Below are positions 1 through 9,131 of a stretch of 64,000 nucleotides of DNA, in pieces. A program made the translations under genes and the position numbers. This DNA comes from an uncultured Gemmatimonadales bacterium (GTDB taxonomy: Bacteria; Gemmatimonadota; Gemmatimonadetes; Longimicrobiales; RSA9): contig CAVUKA010000001.1 in assembly GCA_963741945.1 (NCBI GenBank), forward strand, positions 736,001 to 800,000, read 5' to 3'. Below the pieces are notes generated by a model, which was given only the letters and a program-made list of their open reading frames with translations, was not told the origin of the DNA and did no database searches. Position 1 is the first letter of the stretch. Each line of letters starts with the position of its first letter.

Positions 1-611
1 TCCATGGTCGGATCCGCCTCCATCTCCGAGATCATGGGCGTGGAGATGAAGCCCGGCCCGATGGCGTTGACGCGGAGACCCTGCTGCGCGTATTCCAGCG
101 CGGTGTTCTGGGTCAGCCCCACCAACCCGTGTTTCGCGGCCACGTACGCGGGGGCGCCGGCGAATCCGACCCTTCCCAGGATGGATGCCATGTTCACGAT
201 GCATCCGCCCCCGTTCTCGAGCATCCGCGGGATCTCGGCCCTCATGCAGTAGAACGGCCCGGAAAGATTGATTTCAATGACCCGGCGCCAGGCTTTCAGC
301 GGGTAGTCGGCCGTCGGTGCCTGATCGCCGCCGATCCCGGCGTTGTTGCACGCGAAGTCGAGCCGACCGTACCGCTCGACTGTGGCTGCGACCAGTGCTT
401 CGCACGCCTCGGGATCGGAGACATCCGCGCGGACGAAAGCAGCCTCGCCCCCTTCCTCCTCGATCCCCTGCGCTGCCGCCTCCCCGGCTTCCTCGTCCAC
501 GTCGGACAGGACTACGGAGGCGCCCATCGTCGCATACAGCTTCGCCGTGGCCAGACCGATCCCCGATGCCGCGCCGGTCACCATTCCCACGCGTCCATCA
601 AATTCCGCCAT
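1..611 (-). CDS. SDR family NAD(P)-dependent oxidoreductase (partial, runs off window start)
   Basis: Manual translation MAEFDGRVGMVTGAASGIG...NNAG...YVAAK...VNAIGPG shows the TGxxxGIG, NNAG and YxxxK motifs; GGAGAG RBS. Not in the ORF track. Confidence 0.9.
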   Translation of the reverse strand, partial: MAEFDGRVGMVTGAASGIGLATAKLYATMGASVVLSDVDEEAGEAAAQGIEEEGGEAAFVRADVSDPEACEALVAATVERYGRLDFACNNAGIGGDQAPTADYPLKAWRRVIEINLSGPFYCMRAEIPRMLENGGGCIVNMASILGRVGFAGAPAYVAAKHGLVGLTQNTALEYAQQGLRVNAIGPGFISTPMISEMEADPTM

Positions 612-754
612 TGTCTCTCCCGTGTCGGGTTCGGTGATTCAGCGATGGAAGAGCCGTACCGCTCCCAGGTGGACGGCCACGCCCGACAGCGCCACGCATA
701 TCGCGAGGGCGCCTCAGACGAACGGGTTTCGCCCGTCGCCGCCATGGTGGCCTG

Positions 755-2119
755 TCAGGTCGCGGAAGGCGCGTCCGCGGTCACGCGACCGCCCCCTCCC
801 GCCCGCCCCGCCTCCCCCGCCCGCACCAGCGCGTTGCGGAACAGCGGCGGTCCGATGAGCTGGTTCACCGCGATGACCGCCACGATGATGGTGGCCATGG
901 CCGGGCCGAACTGGGGAAACCGCTCGCGGATGATGTTGGCGATCCCGAGCGTCACGCCGGCCATGGCGATGAACCCCGTCCACGCGTGTCGCTCGATGGC
1001 GGGCCCGGCCCCGGCCAGTTTCGCGCCGGCGGCCGTGCTGATCCAGAGGCTGAAGCCGCGCGCCAGCAGCAGCACGAGCGCGATCTTCCACACGTGGGTC
1101 AGTGCGGCGAGATCGAGCATTGCGCCGGCGAGGGCGAAGAAGAGGGCATAGATCGGCAGGGAGTTCTTCTCCAGCGCGGCCAGCAGGCGGGCGCCTTCGG
1201 CGGAGAAGTTCTGCACGGTGAAGCCGGCGGCCATGGACAGGAGGATGAACTCGAGTCCCGCGGCTTCGGCGAGATGGACGGAGAGGAAGCCGGCGGCGAG
1301 GACGAGCGGGACCTGGTGCTGGGGCGCGCCACGCAGCAGGAGACTGATGGTGAAGCCGAAGAGCACGCCGAGGGCGAGGGAGAGGGTGATGGTGAACATC
1401 ACGGCCTCGAGCGCGTGCACATCGAAGTGGCTTCCCGGGCGCGCGACGACCACCGCCAGCGGGATCAGCAGCGCCGTGAGCATCAGGATGATCACGTCCT
1501 TGATGACGGTCACCCCGAGCACCACGTCGGTCATGGCGCCGCGCGCCTTCTCCTCGGTGATGACCGCGATGGTCGTGGCCGGCGACTTCGCCACGGCCAC
1601 CAGTCCGAAGAGCAGCGCCGCGGCCAGCGCGACCCTCGGCTGCTGCCCCGCGAGGAAGTCGAACAGTCCTCGCCCGAGGAGCACGGTCACCGCCGTGACG
1701 GAGAATACGATGAGCAGCTGCGACACCGTGATCAGGACGATGCTGCGCAACCGCTTCCGGACGGTGCGCATTCTCAGCTCCCCGCCCGCCGAGAGCGCGA
1801 TCAGGCTGAGCGCGATCTCGTTCAGGATGTCCAGGCGCCCGATGGAGGCGTGGTCGAGGATTCCGGTCACCTGTGGACCGACCACGATGCCGACCAGGAT
1901 GTACCCGGTGATCTGCGGCAGGGCCAGGCCGCGCACCACGCGCCCCGCGAGGTAGGAGGCGATGAGCAGGTAGCCGAGGCGCATCGTCGTCCCCGCCGGG
2001 CCGGCGTCGCCGGGGATCCGCACCACGAGGAAGGCCACGGCGGTAATGACGCTCAGCGTGAGCACGCGCCCGACCATCCGACGCCTGCGGGCCCGGCCCG
2101 TTGTCAGCGCGTCGCGCAT
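755..2119 (-). CDS. cation:proton antiporter (Na+/H+ exchanger family)
   Basis: Many TM segments; LPQITGYILVGIVVGP, AKSPATTIAV and VIKDV motifs; start MRDALT chosen by GGAGGA RBS. Confidence 0.8.
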   Translation of the reverse strand: MRDALTTGRARRRRMVGRVLTLSVITAVAFLVVRIPGDAGPAGTTMRLGYLLIASYLAGRVVRGLALPQITGYILVGIVVGPQVTGILDHASIGRLDILNEIALSLIALSAGGELRMRTVRKRLRSIVLITVSQLLIVFSVTAVTVLLGRGLFDFLAGQQPRVALAAALLFGLVAVAKSPATTIAVITEEKARGAMTDVVLGVTVIKDVIILMLTALLIPLAVVVARPGSHFDVHALEAVMFTITLSLALGVLFGFTISLLLRGAPQHQVPLVLAAGFLSVHLAEAAGLEFILLSMAAGFTVQNFSAEGARLLAALEKNSLPIYALFFALAGAMLDLAALTHVWKIALVLLLARGFSLWISTAAGAKLAGAGPAIERHAWTGFIAMAGVTLGIANIIRERFPQFGPAMATIIVAVIAVNQLIGPPLFRNALVRAGEAGRAGGGGRVTADAPSAT

Positions 2120-2276
2120 GGGTCCTCCCCGGTGAGCCGCAATAGTGGCCGGGCGGCGGGTCGAAGGCAATCACGCGGCCGGCCTGGCGTGGCCGTGGCG
2201 GCGAGGCCGGGGCGAGGCCCGGGCGGCGAGGACGAGCGCGCGGCCGGGGCGGCGAGGACGAGCGCGCGGCGAGGGC

Positions 2277-2777
2277 TCAGGCGTCGAGCCGGCGGCGGAC
2301 GCGCTCCACCAGCTCGGGAACCGGCGCATCGGCCGGGAGGGTGAGCGCGCCGGCGGGCGGCTCGAGCGCCGCGAACTGGGACGCCGCGAGCGCGGGCCCG
2401 AAGAAGTGGCCGCCCCGGCTGGCGAGGCGGCGCGCGGCCAGCGGGGGCGAGATTTCAAGGAAGACCAGGAGGACGCGGGGGTCGTCGCCCATCAGCGCCT
2501 GCCGGTAACGGCGCTTCAGCGCGGACGCGACCACGACGGCCGGCCGGTCGGCGTCGAGGTGATCGGTGATGGCCTCCCGGAGGGCGGCGAGCCAGGGAGC
2601 ACGGTCGCGATCCGTGAGCGGCTCGCCTCTGGCCATGCGCTCGACGTTCGCGGGCGGGTGGAGCGCGTCGCCTTCCACGAAGTCCCACCCCAGGCATTCC
2701 GCCAGCGCCCTGCCCACGGTGGTCTTTCCCGATCCCGCCACGCCCATGAGGAGAACGATCCGCTCCACGCGGGTCAC
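2277..2777 (-). CDS. gluconokinase, GntK/IdnK type
   Basis: MGVAGSGKTT P-loop, EGDALHPPANVERMARGEPLTDRDR, SALKRRYR, SQFAALEPP. Confidence 0.88.
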   Translation of the reverse strand: MTRVERIVLLMGVAGSGKTTVGRALAECLGWDFVEGDALHPPANVERMARGEPLTDRDRAPWLAALREAITDHLDADRPAVVVASALKRRYRQALMGDDPRVLLVFLEISPPLAARRLASRGGHFFGPALAASQFAALEPPAGALTLPADAPVPELVERVRRRLDA

Positions 2778-2784
2778 CCGTCGC

Positions 2785-3456
2785 TCATGCCCGCAGCGTG
2801 AAGGGCGGGTACTCGTCGCGGACCAGGAGCATGTACGCCTCGACTCGAACGCTCCACGCGAACACGCCGAGGGCGAAGCCGTACAGCGGCTCGGGATAGC
2901 GACCGGTGAGGAGGATGGCCGCCCAGGCCACGGCCGTGGTGAACGCCCATGCGAGGCTGAGCAGCCAGAGCAGGAACATGTGCGGCAGCGCGAGGAAGAA
3001 GCGGAGGAACACGGTCAGGCGGTTTCTGGCTCCCTCCGGCCACGCCAGCTCCAGCTGGGCCGGGTACGGGCCATCGCCGAACGGCGGGTACTCGTCGCGG
3101 AGCAGTGTCATGTAGGCGATGGCCCGCACGCGCCAGCGGAGGTAGAGCGCCGTGAACGGGCGCAGGCTCGCGGGGAACGTGCCGACCAGGACGATGGCGA
3201 ACCATGCGACGACGGCCACCAGCGTCGCCACCAGCCCCAGCACGCCGCCGGAGCCGTAGCCGATGTGCGCGCCCGACTCGCTCCCCCAGTCTGCGGCCAG
3301 GATCACCCCCACGGGTCCGCCCACGAGGATCAGGTGCGGCAGGGCGAGGAAGAAGCGGAAGGCGGTGGTCAGGCGGTTCCGACCCTCGAGTGCGGCCGGG
3401 ACGTTCACGGCCACCGGGTAATCGGCGGTCCGGCCCAGCGCTTCGGCGGACTCCAT
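2785..3456 (-). CDS. DUF4389 family membrane protein
   Basis: Duplicated RNRLTxxxRFFLALPH...AYMxLxRDEYPPF module. Confidence 0.8.
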   Translation of the reverse strand: MESAEALGRTADYPVAVNVPAALEGRNRLTTAFRFFLALPHLILVGGPVGVILAADWGSESGAHIGYGSGGVLGLVATLVAVVAWFAIVLVGTFPASLRPFTALYLRWRVRAIAYMTLLRDEYPPFGDGPYPAQLELAWPEGARNRLTVFLRFFLALPHMFLLWLLSLAWAFTTAVAWAAILLTGRYPEPLYGFALGVFAWSVRVEAYMLLVRDEYPPFTLRA

Positions 3457-3698
3457 GATCGCGGGCTCCTTGCTCGAGTGACGGCGGTTTGCCCTCTCCG
3501 GGGACAGTGGCTCTACGTATGGCTTCCGGCGAGCCTTCACACAACAGGCGGTCACCCAGCCCTCCCGCGTCCGACCGCGCCCGGCCGCGCCCGACCCTTG
3601 TGCCGTCCCATGCCCCGCCCGCATTCTTGATCCGGGACCGCGCCCCTCGGACCTCCGGCAATGCCACAGGCATCACCCCTCCGGACTGGAGTCTGGCC

Positions 3699-4181
3699 AT
3701 GCGGCGCAGCATCCGCTTCACCCTCAACGGCCGCCCCACCGAAGTGGACGCGGACCCGGGTCGCCGCCTGCTCTGGGTCCTCCGCACGGAGCTCGGGCTG
3801 ACCGGGACCAAGTACGGCTGCGGTGAGAGCTACTGCGGCGCGTGCACGGTCCTCGTGAACGGGAGCGCAGCGCGCTCCTGCATCCTCCCCATCAGCGGCG
3901 TGGATGGCGCCGAAGTCGTGACGATCGAGGGGCTGGCCGGCCCGGACGGCGAGCTCCACCCGGTCCAGCAGGCGTTCGTGGACCACGACGCGCTCCAGTG
4001 CGGCTACTGCACGCCGGGCATGATCCTCGGCGCGGTGGCGCTCCTGCGGCAGAACGGCGATCCCACCGAAGCCCAGATCCGCTCCGGTCTCGAGCCCCAC
4101 CTGTGCCGGTGCGGCACCCACGTCCGCGTGCTTGAAGCCGTCCACACCGCCGCCCGGTCCATGAAGGGGGGCGCCCCGTGA
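3699..4181 (+). CDS. 2Fe-2S subunit of molybdenum hydroxylase (IorA/CoxS-like)
   Basis: GTKYGCGESYCGACTV, QCGYCTPG, CRCG cysteine motifs. Confidence 0.92.
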   Translation: MRRSIRFTLNGRPTEVDADPGRRLLWVLRTELGLTGTKYGCGESYCGACTVLVNGSAARSCILPISGVDGAEVVTIEGLAGPDGELHPVQQAFVDHDALQCGYCTPGMILGAVALLRQNGDPTEAQIRSGLEPHLCRCGTHVRVLEAVHTAARSMKGGAP

Positions 4182-6316
4182 GCACCATGGACCGTAGACA
4201 GTTCGTCCTGACGGTGGGCGGCGGCCTGACCGTGCTCTTCACCGTGGATGTCTCGGGGCTGCTGGCCGCCCTCCCCGAAGACCAGCGGCGCGGCTATCCC
4301 ACCGACCTCAACGCCTATCTCCGGATCCACGCGGACGGGCGGGTCTCGCTGTTCACCGGGAAGATCGAAATGGGGCAGGGCGTGAACACGTCGCTGTCGC
4401 AGATGCTGGCCGAGGAGCTGGATGTCCCGCTCTCCGCCATCGACGCCGTCCTGGGCGACACGGACCTCTGCCCGTGGGACATGGGGACGTTCGGCTCCAT
4501 GACCACCCGCTTCTTCGGCCCGCCGCTCCGCCACGCCGGGGCGGAAGCCAGGTCCGCGCTGCTGGAGCTGGCGAGCGAGCGCCTGGGCGCTCCCATCGCC
4601 CGGCTCGACACGCGCGACGCGCGGGTCTTCGACGCGCGGGATCCCGGCACGTCCGTGGCCTACGCCGAGCTGGTACAGGGGCGGCAGCTGGAGCGGCGGG
4701 CGGGCGCGGCCGCCGCGGAGGAAGCCGGCAGCGCGGGCGTCGACGCGCCCCTGGAGCCGCTGGCAGAGCATACGGTGTGCGGCGTCGCCGAACATCGTGT
4801 GGACGGCCGGGACAAGGTCACGGGCGACGCCCTGTACGCGGGCGACATCCGCCTCCCCGACATGCTCTACGCCAGCATCCTCCGCCCGCCTGCCCACGGC
4901 GCGCGGCTGGTGGACGTGGACACCGGCCGGGCCGGGCTCATGGAGGACGCCCGGGTGGTCCGCGACGGCGATCTCGTCGCCGTGCTCCACCCGGCGCCGG
5001 ACGTGGCCATGGCGCTGGCCGACCGGATCGCGGCGAAATGGGAGGAGCCGGAGGCGACGGTGGACAACGCGTCCATCTTCAACCACCTCGTCGCGTCCGC
5101 GCCCCCGCCGAGGGTGGTGGCGGAGGCCGGAAACGTCGACGAGGGTCGGCGGCTGGGGACGCGTCGCGTGGGAAACACATACTACAACCACTACGTGGCC
5201 CACGCGCCCATGGAGCCGCACACCGCGCTGGCCCGCGTGGACGGGGATGGCGTGACCGTGTGGGCCTCCACGCAGACCCCCTTCCCCTGCCGCGACCAGG
5301 TGGCGAAGGCGCTGGGGGTGTCGCCCGGGACGGTGCGGGTCATCACGCCGTTCGTGGGCGGCGGGTTCGGCGGAAAGACCTACAACCAGCAGGCCGTGGA
5401 GGCGGCCCGGCTCGCGCAGCTGGCCGGGCGCCCGGTGCAGGTCATGTGGTCCCGCGGCGAGGAGTTCTTCTACGACCGCTTCCGCCCGGCCGCCGTGGTG
5501 AAGACCGCCGCGGCCCTCGACGACGCCGGGCGCCCGGTCCTCTGGGAGCTCGACACCCTCTACGCGGGCGACGGCGGCGCGGAGCCGGCGTACCGCTTCC
5601 CGCACGCGCGAGTGACGTCCGCGGGCGGGTGGCAGCGACAGGGAGAAGGGCAGCCGCTGGCGGTGGGGCCGTGGCGCGCTCCCGGCGCCAACACCAACAC
5701 GTTCGCCGCGGAGAGTCAGATCGACGCGCTGGCCGCGCTGGCCGGCCGCGACCCGGTGAGCTTCCGCCTCGACCACCTGGCCGATCCCCGCGCCGTCCGG
5801 ACGCTGCGCGCGGCCGCCGATCGCTTCGGCGGCGACTTCGCCCCCGCGCCCTCCGGCCGCGGCGTGGGCGTGGCCGTGGGGCTGGAAGTGGGGACGTGGG
5901 TGGCCGCGATCGCGAACGTGGCCGTGGACCGGGACAGCGGGCGCGTGCGCGTGGAGCGGATCGTCGCCGCGCAGGACATGGGCGAAGTGATCAACCCGGA
6001 GGGCGCGACGATGCAGGTCGAGAGCTGCCTCACCATGGGCCTCGGCTACGCCCTCGCCGAGGAGGTCCGCTTCCGCGGCGGCGCGGTGCTCGACCGCAAC
6101 TTCGGCACCTACCACCTCCCGCGCTTCTCCTGGGTTCCCGGGATCGAGGTGATCCTCATCGACAACCCGGACCTCTCGCCCCAGGGCGGCGGCGAGCCCG
6201 CCATCCCGGTGGTGGGCGCGGTGATCGCCAGCGCCATCCACGATGCCACCGGGGCCAGGCTGACCACGCTGCCCATGACGGCGGAGCGGGTGCGGGCGGC
6301 GGTGGCGGCGGTGTAG
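4178..6316 (+). CDS. molybdopterin-binding subunit, xanthine dehydrogenase / isoquinoline 1-oxidoreductase beta-like
   Basis: EMGQG, AHAPMEP, GGGFGGK, WRAPG, GGGEP motifs; GTGA overlap with small subunit; Tat-like MDRRQF. Confidence 0.9.
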   Translation: MSTMDRRQFVLTVGGGLTVLFTVDVSGLLAALPEDQRRGYPTDLNAYLRIHADGRVSLFTGKIEMGQGVNTSLSQMLAEELDVPLSAIDAVLGDTDLCPWDMGTFGSMTTRFFGPPLRHAGAEARSALLELASERLGAPIARLDTRDARVFDARDPGTSVAYAELVQGRQLERRAGAAAAEEAGSAGVDAPLEPLAEHTVCGVAEHRVDGRDKVTGDALYAGDIRLPDMLYASILRPPAHGARLVDVDTGRAGLMEDARVVRDGDLVAVLHPAPDVAMALADRIAAKWEEPEATVDNASIFNHLVASAPPPRVVAEAGNVDEGRRLGTRRVGNTYYNHYVAHAPMEPHTALARVDGDGVTVWASTQTPFPCRDQVAKALGVSPGTVRVITPFVGGGFGGKTYNQQAVEAARLAQLAGRPVQVMWSRGEEFFYDRFRPAAVVKTAAALDDAGRPVLWELDTLYAGDGGAEPAYRFPHARVTSAGGWQRQGEGQPLAVGPWRAPGANTNTFAAESQIDALAALAGRDPVSFRLDHLADPRAVRTLRAAADRFGGDFAPAPSGRGVGVAVGLEVGTWVAAIANVAVDRDSGRVRVERIVAAQDMGEVINPEGATMQVESCLTMGLGYALAEEVRFRGGAVLDRNFGTYHLPRFSWVPGIEVILIDNPDLSPQGGGEPAIPVVGAVIASAIHDATGARLTTLPMTAERVRAAVAAV

Positions 6317-6322
6317 GGGGAC

Positions 6323-7009
6323 ATGCCCATGAAGCGCGGCAGTGCGACGGCGAGCCGGCCGATCTTCCACCCGGACTACGCCGAGGAAGCGCGGTTCGGT
6401 GATGGCACGCGCGTGCGCGTGCGCCCGCTGCGCCCGGGCGACGCCGACCTGCTCCGGACGGGCTTCTCCCAGCTCTCGCCCGCGTCGCGCTACAGCCGGT
6501 TCTTCACTCCGAAATCAGCGCTGTCGGACAACGAAGTCGCGGCGCTCACCCGGATCGGCGGGGACGACCACTTCGCCGTGGGCGCGGCCCGCCTGGACGA
6601 TGATGGTCGGGAGATCGAGGGGCTGGGCGTGGCCCGGTTCATCCGCACGCCCGAGGATGCGGAAGTGGCGGAAGCGGCGGTCACGGTCATCGACGCGGCG
6701 CAGGGCCAGGGCCTAGGCACGCTGCTGCTGGAACGGCTGGCCGCGGCGGCGCTGGAGCGCGGGATCCGCCGTTTCCGCGGGGATGTCCTGGCTGGCAACC
6801 AGCCGATCCGGCGCATCGTGGAAGCGCACGGTGGCGCAGTGGAGCTGGAGGAGGGCGGTCAGCTGCGGGTGCTGGTGGAGCTCCCGCCCGATGTCGCGGA
6901 ACCGGGGGCCGGAGTCGGCCGCGGCCCCCTGCACGACCTGCTGTCTCTGGCGGCCCGGGGACTCATCGAGCTGCGGCTGAGCGAGCGGCTCCTTCACATC
7001 TGGCGGTGA
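6323..7009 (+). CDS. GNAT N-acetyltransferase (resembles the GNAT domain of protein lysine acetyltransferases)
   Basis: DGTRVRVRPLRPGD, LSPASRYSRFF, GVARFIR, AEAAVTVIDAAQGQGLG. Confidence 0.85.
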   Translation: MPMKRGSATASRPIFHPDYAEEARFGDGTRVRVRPLRPGDADLLRTGFSQLSPASRYSRFFTPKSALSDNEVAALTRIGGDDHFAVGAARLDDDGREIEGLGVARFIRTPEDAEVAEAAVTVIDAAQGQGLGTLLLERLAAAALERGIRRFRGDVLAGNQPIRRIVEAHGGAVELEEGGQLRVLVELPPDVAEPGAGVGRGPLHDLLSLAARGLIELRLSERLLHIWR

Positions 7010-7016
7010 GGCGACC

Positions 7017-8702
7017 ATGGAACCGATCTGGATCGAGCACTACGAGCCGGAAGTACCGCCCCAGCTTCAGCTGGAAGCGAAGACGGTGGTGGACTACCTG
7101 GACGCGTCCGCGGAACGCTGGGGCGCCAGGCCCGCGGTGACGCTCAAGGGGAAAACGCTCACGTGGTCGCAGCTGAAGGACCAGGTGGACCGCTTCGCCA
7201 CCGGACTGGCCGCTCTCGGCGTGAAGAAGGACAGCCGCGTCGCCCTCTGGCTCCCCAACCTGCCGCAGATGGTCATCGCCTATTTCGCCACGCTGCGCCT
7301 CGGCGCGCAGGTGGTGAACACCAACCCCCTCTACGTCGAGCGGGAAGTCGAGCACCAGTTCAACGACGCGGGCGTGAGCGTGGTGGTCACCCTCGACTAC
7401 CTGTGGTGGAACCGGCTCCGCGGGATCCGCGAGAAGACGGGAGTCCGCCACGTCATCGTCACCTCGATCCCCGACTACCTCCCCTTCCCGCTCAACCTGC
7501 TCGCGCCGCTGAAGCTGAAGAAGACCGGGCAGTACGTGAAGGTGCCGAAGGAGGAGGGTGTCCACTTCTTCAAGGACGTCGTCGCCGGCAATCCGCCGTC
7601 GCCGCCCACGGTGGACATTCCGCTGGACCACGTGGCCGTGCTCCAGTACACGGGCGGGACCACGGGCGTGTCGAAAGGCGCCATGCTCACGCACGGCAAC
7701 CTGTCGGCGAACGCGCAGCAGTGCCGCGCCTGGTTCCCGTCGCTCGAAGCCGGCGGCGAGACGCTGCTGGCGTGCCTGCCGTACTTCCACGTGTTCGGCA
7801 TGACCGTGTCCATGCTCTGGCCCGTGGTGCACGGCGCCCACATCGTGCTCGCCCCCAACCCGCGCGACATCAAGGACCTGGTGAAGAGCATCACCCGCTA
7901 CAGGGTCACCATCTTCCCGGCCGTGCCCGCGCTCTTCCTCGCCATCAACGAGTACCCGGGCATCGAGAAGCTCGACCTCTCCAGCATCAAGGGGTGCTTC
8001 TCCGGCTCCGCGCCGCTCCCCGTGGAGGTGCTCCAGCGCTTCGAGGAGCTGACGGGCGGGAAGATCACCGAGGGCTTCGGCCTCACCGAGACATCGCCCG
8101 TCACCCACGTCAACCCGCTCTACGGGCTCCGGAAGGTCGGCTCCGTGGGCATCCCGGTGGCGAACACGAACATGAAGGTCGTGGACGTGGAGACCGGCGA
8201 GACGGAGCTGCCGCTGGGCGAGGAAGGGGAGCTCTGCCTGCGCGGCCCGCAGGTCATGGTCGGCTACTGGAACCGCCCCGATGAAACCGCCGCCACGCTC
8301 CGCGACGGCTGGCTCTTCACCGGCGACCTCGCCCGCGTCGACGACGACGGCTACACGTTCATCGTCGGCCGCAAGAAGGACATGATCGACGCTTCCGGCT
8401 ACAACGTCTATCCCGACGAGGTCGACCAGGTGCTCTACGCCCACCCCGCCGTGCTCGAGGCCGCCACCATCGGAGTCCCCGACCCGCGGCGAGGCGAGAC
8501 GGTGAAGTCGTTCGTGGTCCTCAAGCCCGGGCACGACGCCACCGAGGAGGCCATCCTCGCCTACTGCCGCGAGCAGCTCGCACCCTTCAAGGTGCCACGC
8601 TCCATCGAGTTCCTGGACGAGCTCCCCAAGAGCTCCATGATGAAGATCCTGCGACGGGAGCTGCGGGAACGGGAGATCGCAAAGGAGAAGGCGCCCGCCT
8701 GA
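7017..8702 (+). CDS. long-chain-fatty-acid--CoA ligase (FadD-like)
   Basis: LQYTGGTTGVSKG, EGFGLTE, TGD, GRKKDMI, LPKSSMMKILRR AMP-binding motifs. Confidence 0.92.
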   Translation: MEPIWIEHYEPEVPPQLQLEAKTVVDYLDASAERWGARPAVTLKGKTLTWSQLKDQVDRFATGLAALGVKKDSRVALWLPNLPQMVIAYFATLRLGAQVVNTNPLYVEREVEHQFNDAGVSVVVTLDYLWWNRLRGIREKTGVRHVIVTSIPDYLPFPLNLLAPLKLKKTGQYVKVPKEEGVHFFKDVVAGNPPSPPTVDIPLDHVAVLQYTGGTTGVSKGAMLTHGNLSANAQQCRAWFPSLEAGGETLLACLPYFHVFGMTVSMLWPVVHGAHIVLAPNPRDIKDLVKSITRYRVTIFPAVPALFLAINEYPGIEKLDLSSIKGCFSGSAPLPVEVLQRFEELTGGKITEGFGLTETSPVTHVNPLYGLRKVGSVGIPVANTNMKVVDVETGETELPLGEEGELCLRGPQVMVGYWNRPDETAATLRDGWLFTGDLARVDDDGYTFIVGRKKDMIDASGYNVYPDEVDQVLYAHPAVLEAATIGVPDPRRGETVKSFVVLKPGHDATEEAILAYCREQLAPFKVPRSIEFLDELPKSSMMKILRRELREREIAKEKAPA

Positions 8703-8922
8703 GGCGACGGGGCTGACGTCGCCGGTGAGCCGCCCGGAGCCGATCGCCCCGGGTTCGTCGCCCCGGCGCAATGCGCCCGATTCCGCTATTGAGCACCTCG
8801 CCGCGGCGAGGCTAGCATGCGGACGGGAGGTGCGCACATGCCCGCACGCAAGGAGCAGAACGACGGCGGGCGGCGGGGTCCAGGTGGAACAAGCGGTCCG
8901 AAGGGTTCGGTTCACTCCCGAT

Positions 8923-9050
8923 GTCAGGATCCGGTCAGGATTTCTGGCCGATTCGGCCGAAATCGAGGACTTCCGGAGCCATCCACTCCCCGGCAGGTCA
9001 GGGTGTGGTCAGGGTGCGGTCAGGGTGCGGTCAGGGTCGCGGCTCAGATT
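8923..9050 (+). promoter_or_regulatory. 11-bp-phased GTCAGG direct repeats (putative SARP operator) with candidate -10 CAGATT
   Basis: GTCAGG at 8923, 8934 and at 8997, 9008, 9019, 9030; CAGATT at 9045-9050. Confidence 0.65.
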
Positions 9051-9131
9051 CCATGTGCGGGCATGACCCCGCGCACGGAACCGACACCCTGCGGCACGCG
9101 AAGGTGCGCGCCTGCGACCCCGGAGGTCCTC

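Noticed and set aside
2221-2270. 24-bp direct duplication downstream of gluconokinase
   Set aside because: Local GC-rich slippage duplication with no other copies seen
4004-6370. Long antisense/alternate-frame ORFs (this one and many similar)
   Set aside because: Shadows of real genes caused by high GC3; Arg/Pro/Ala-rich with no motifs
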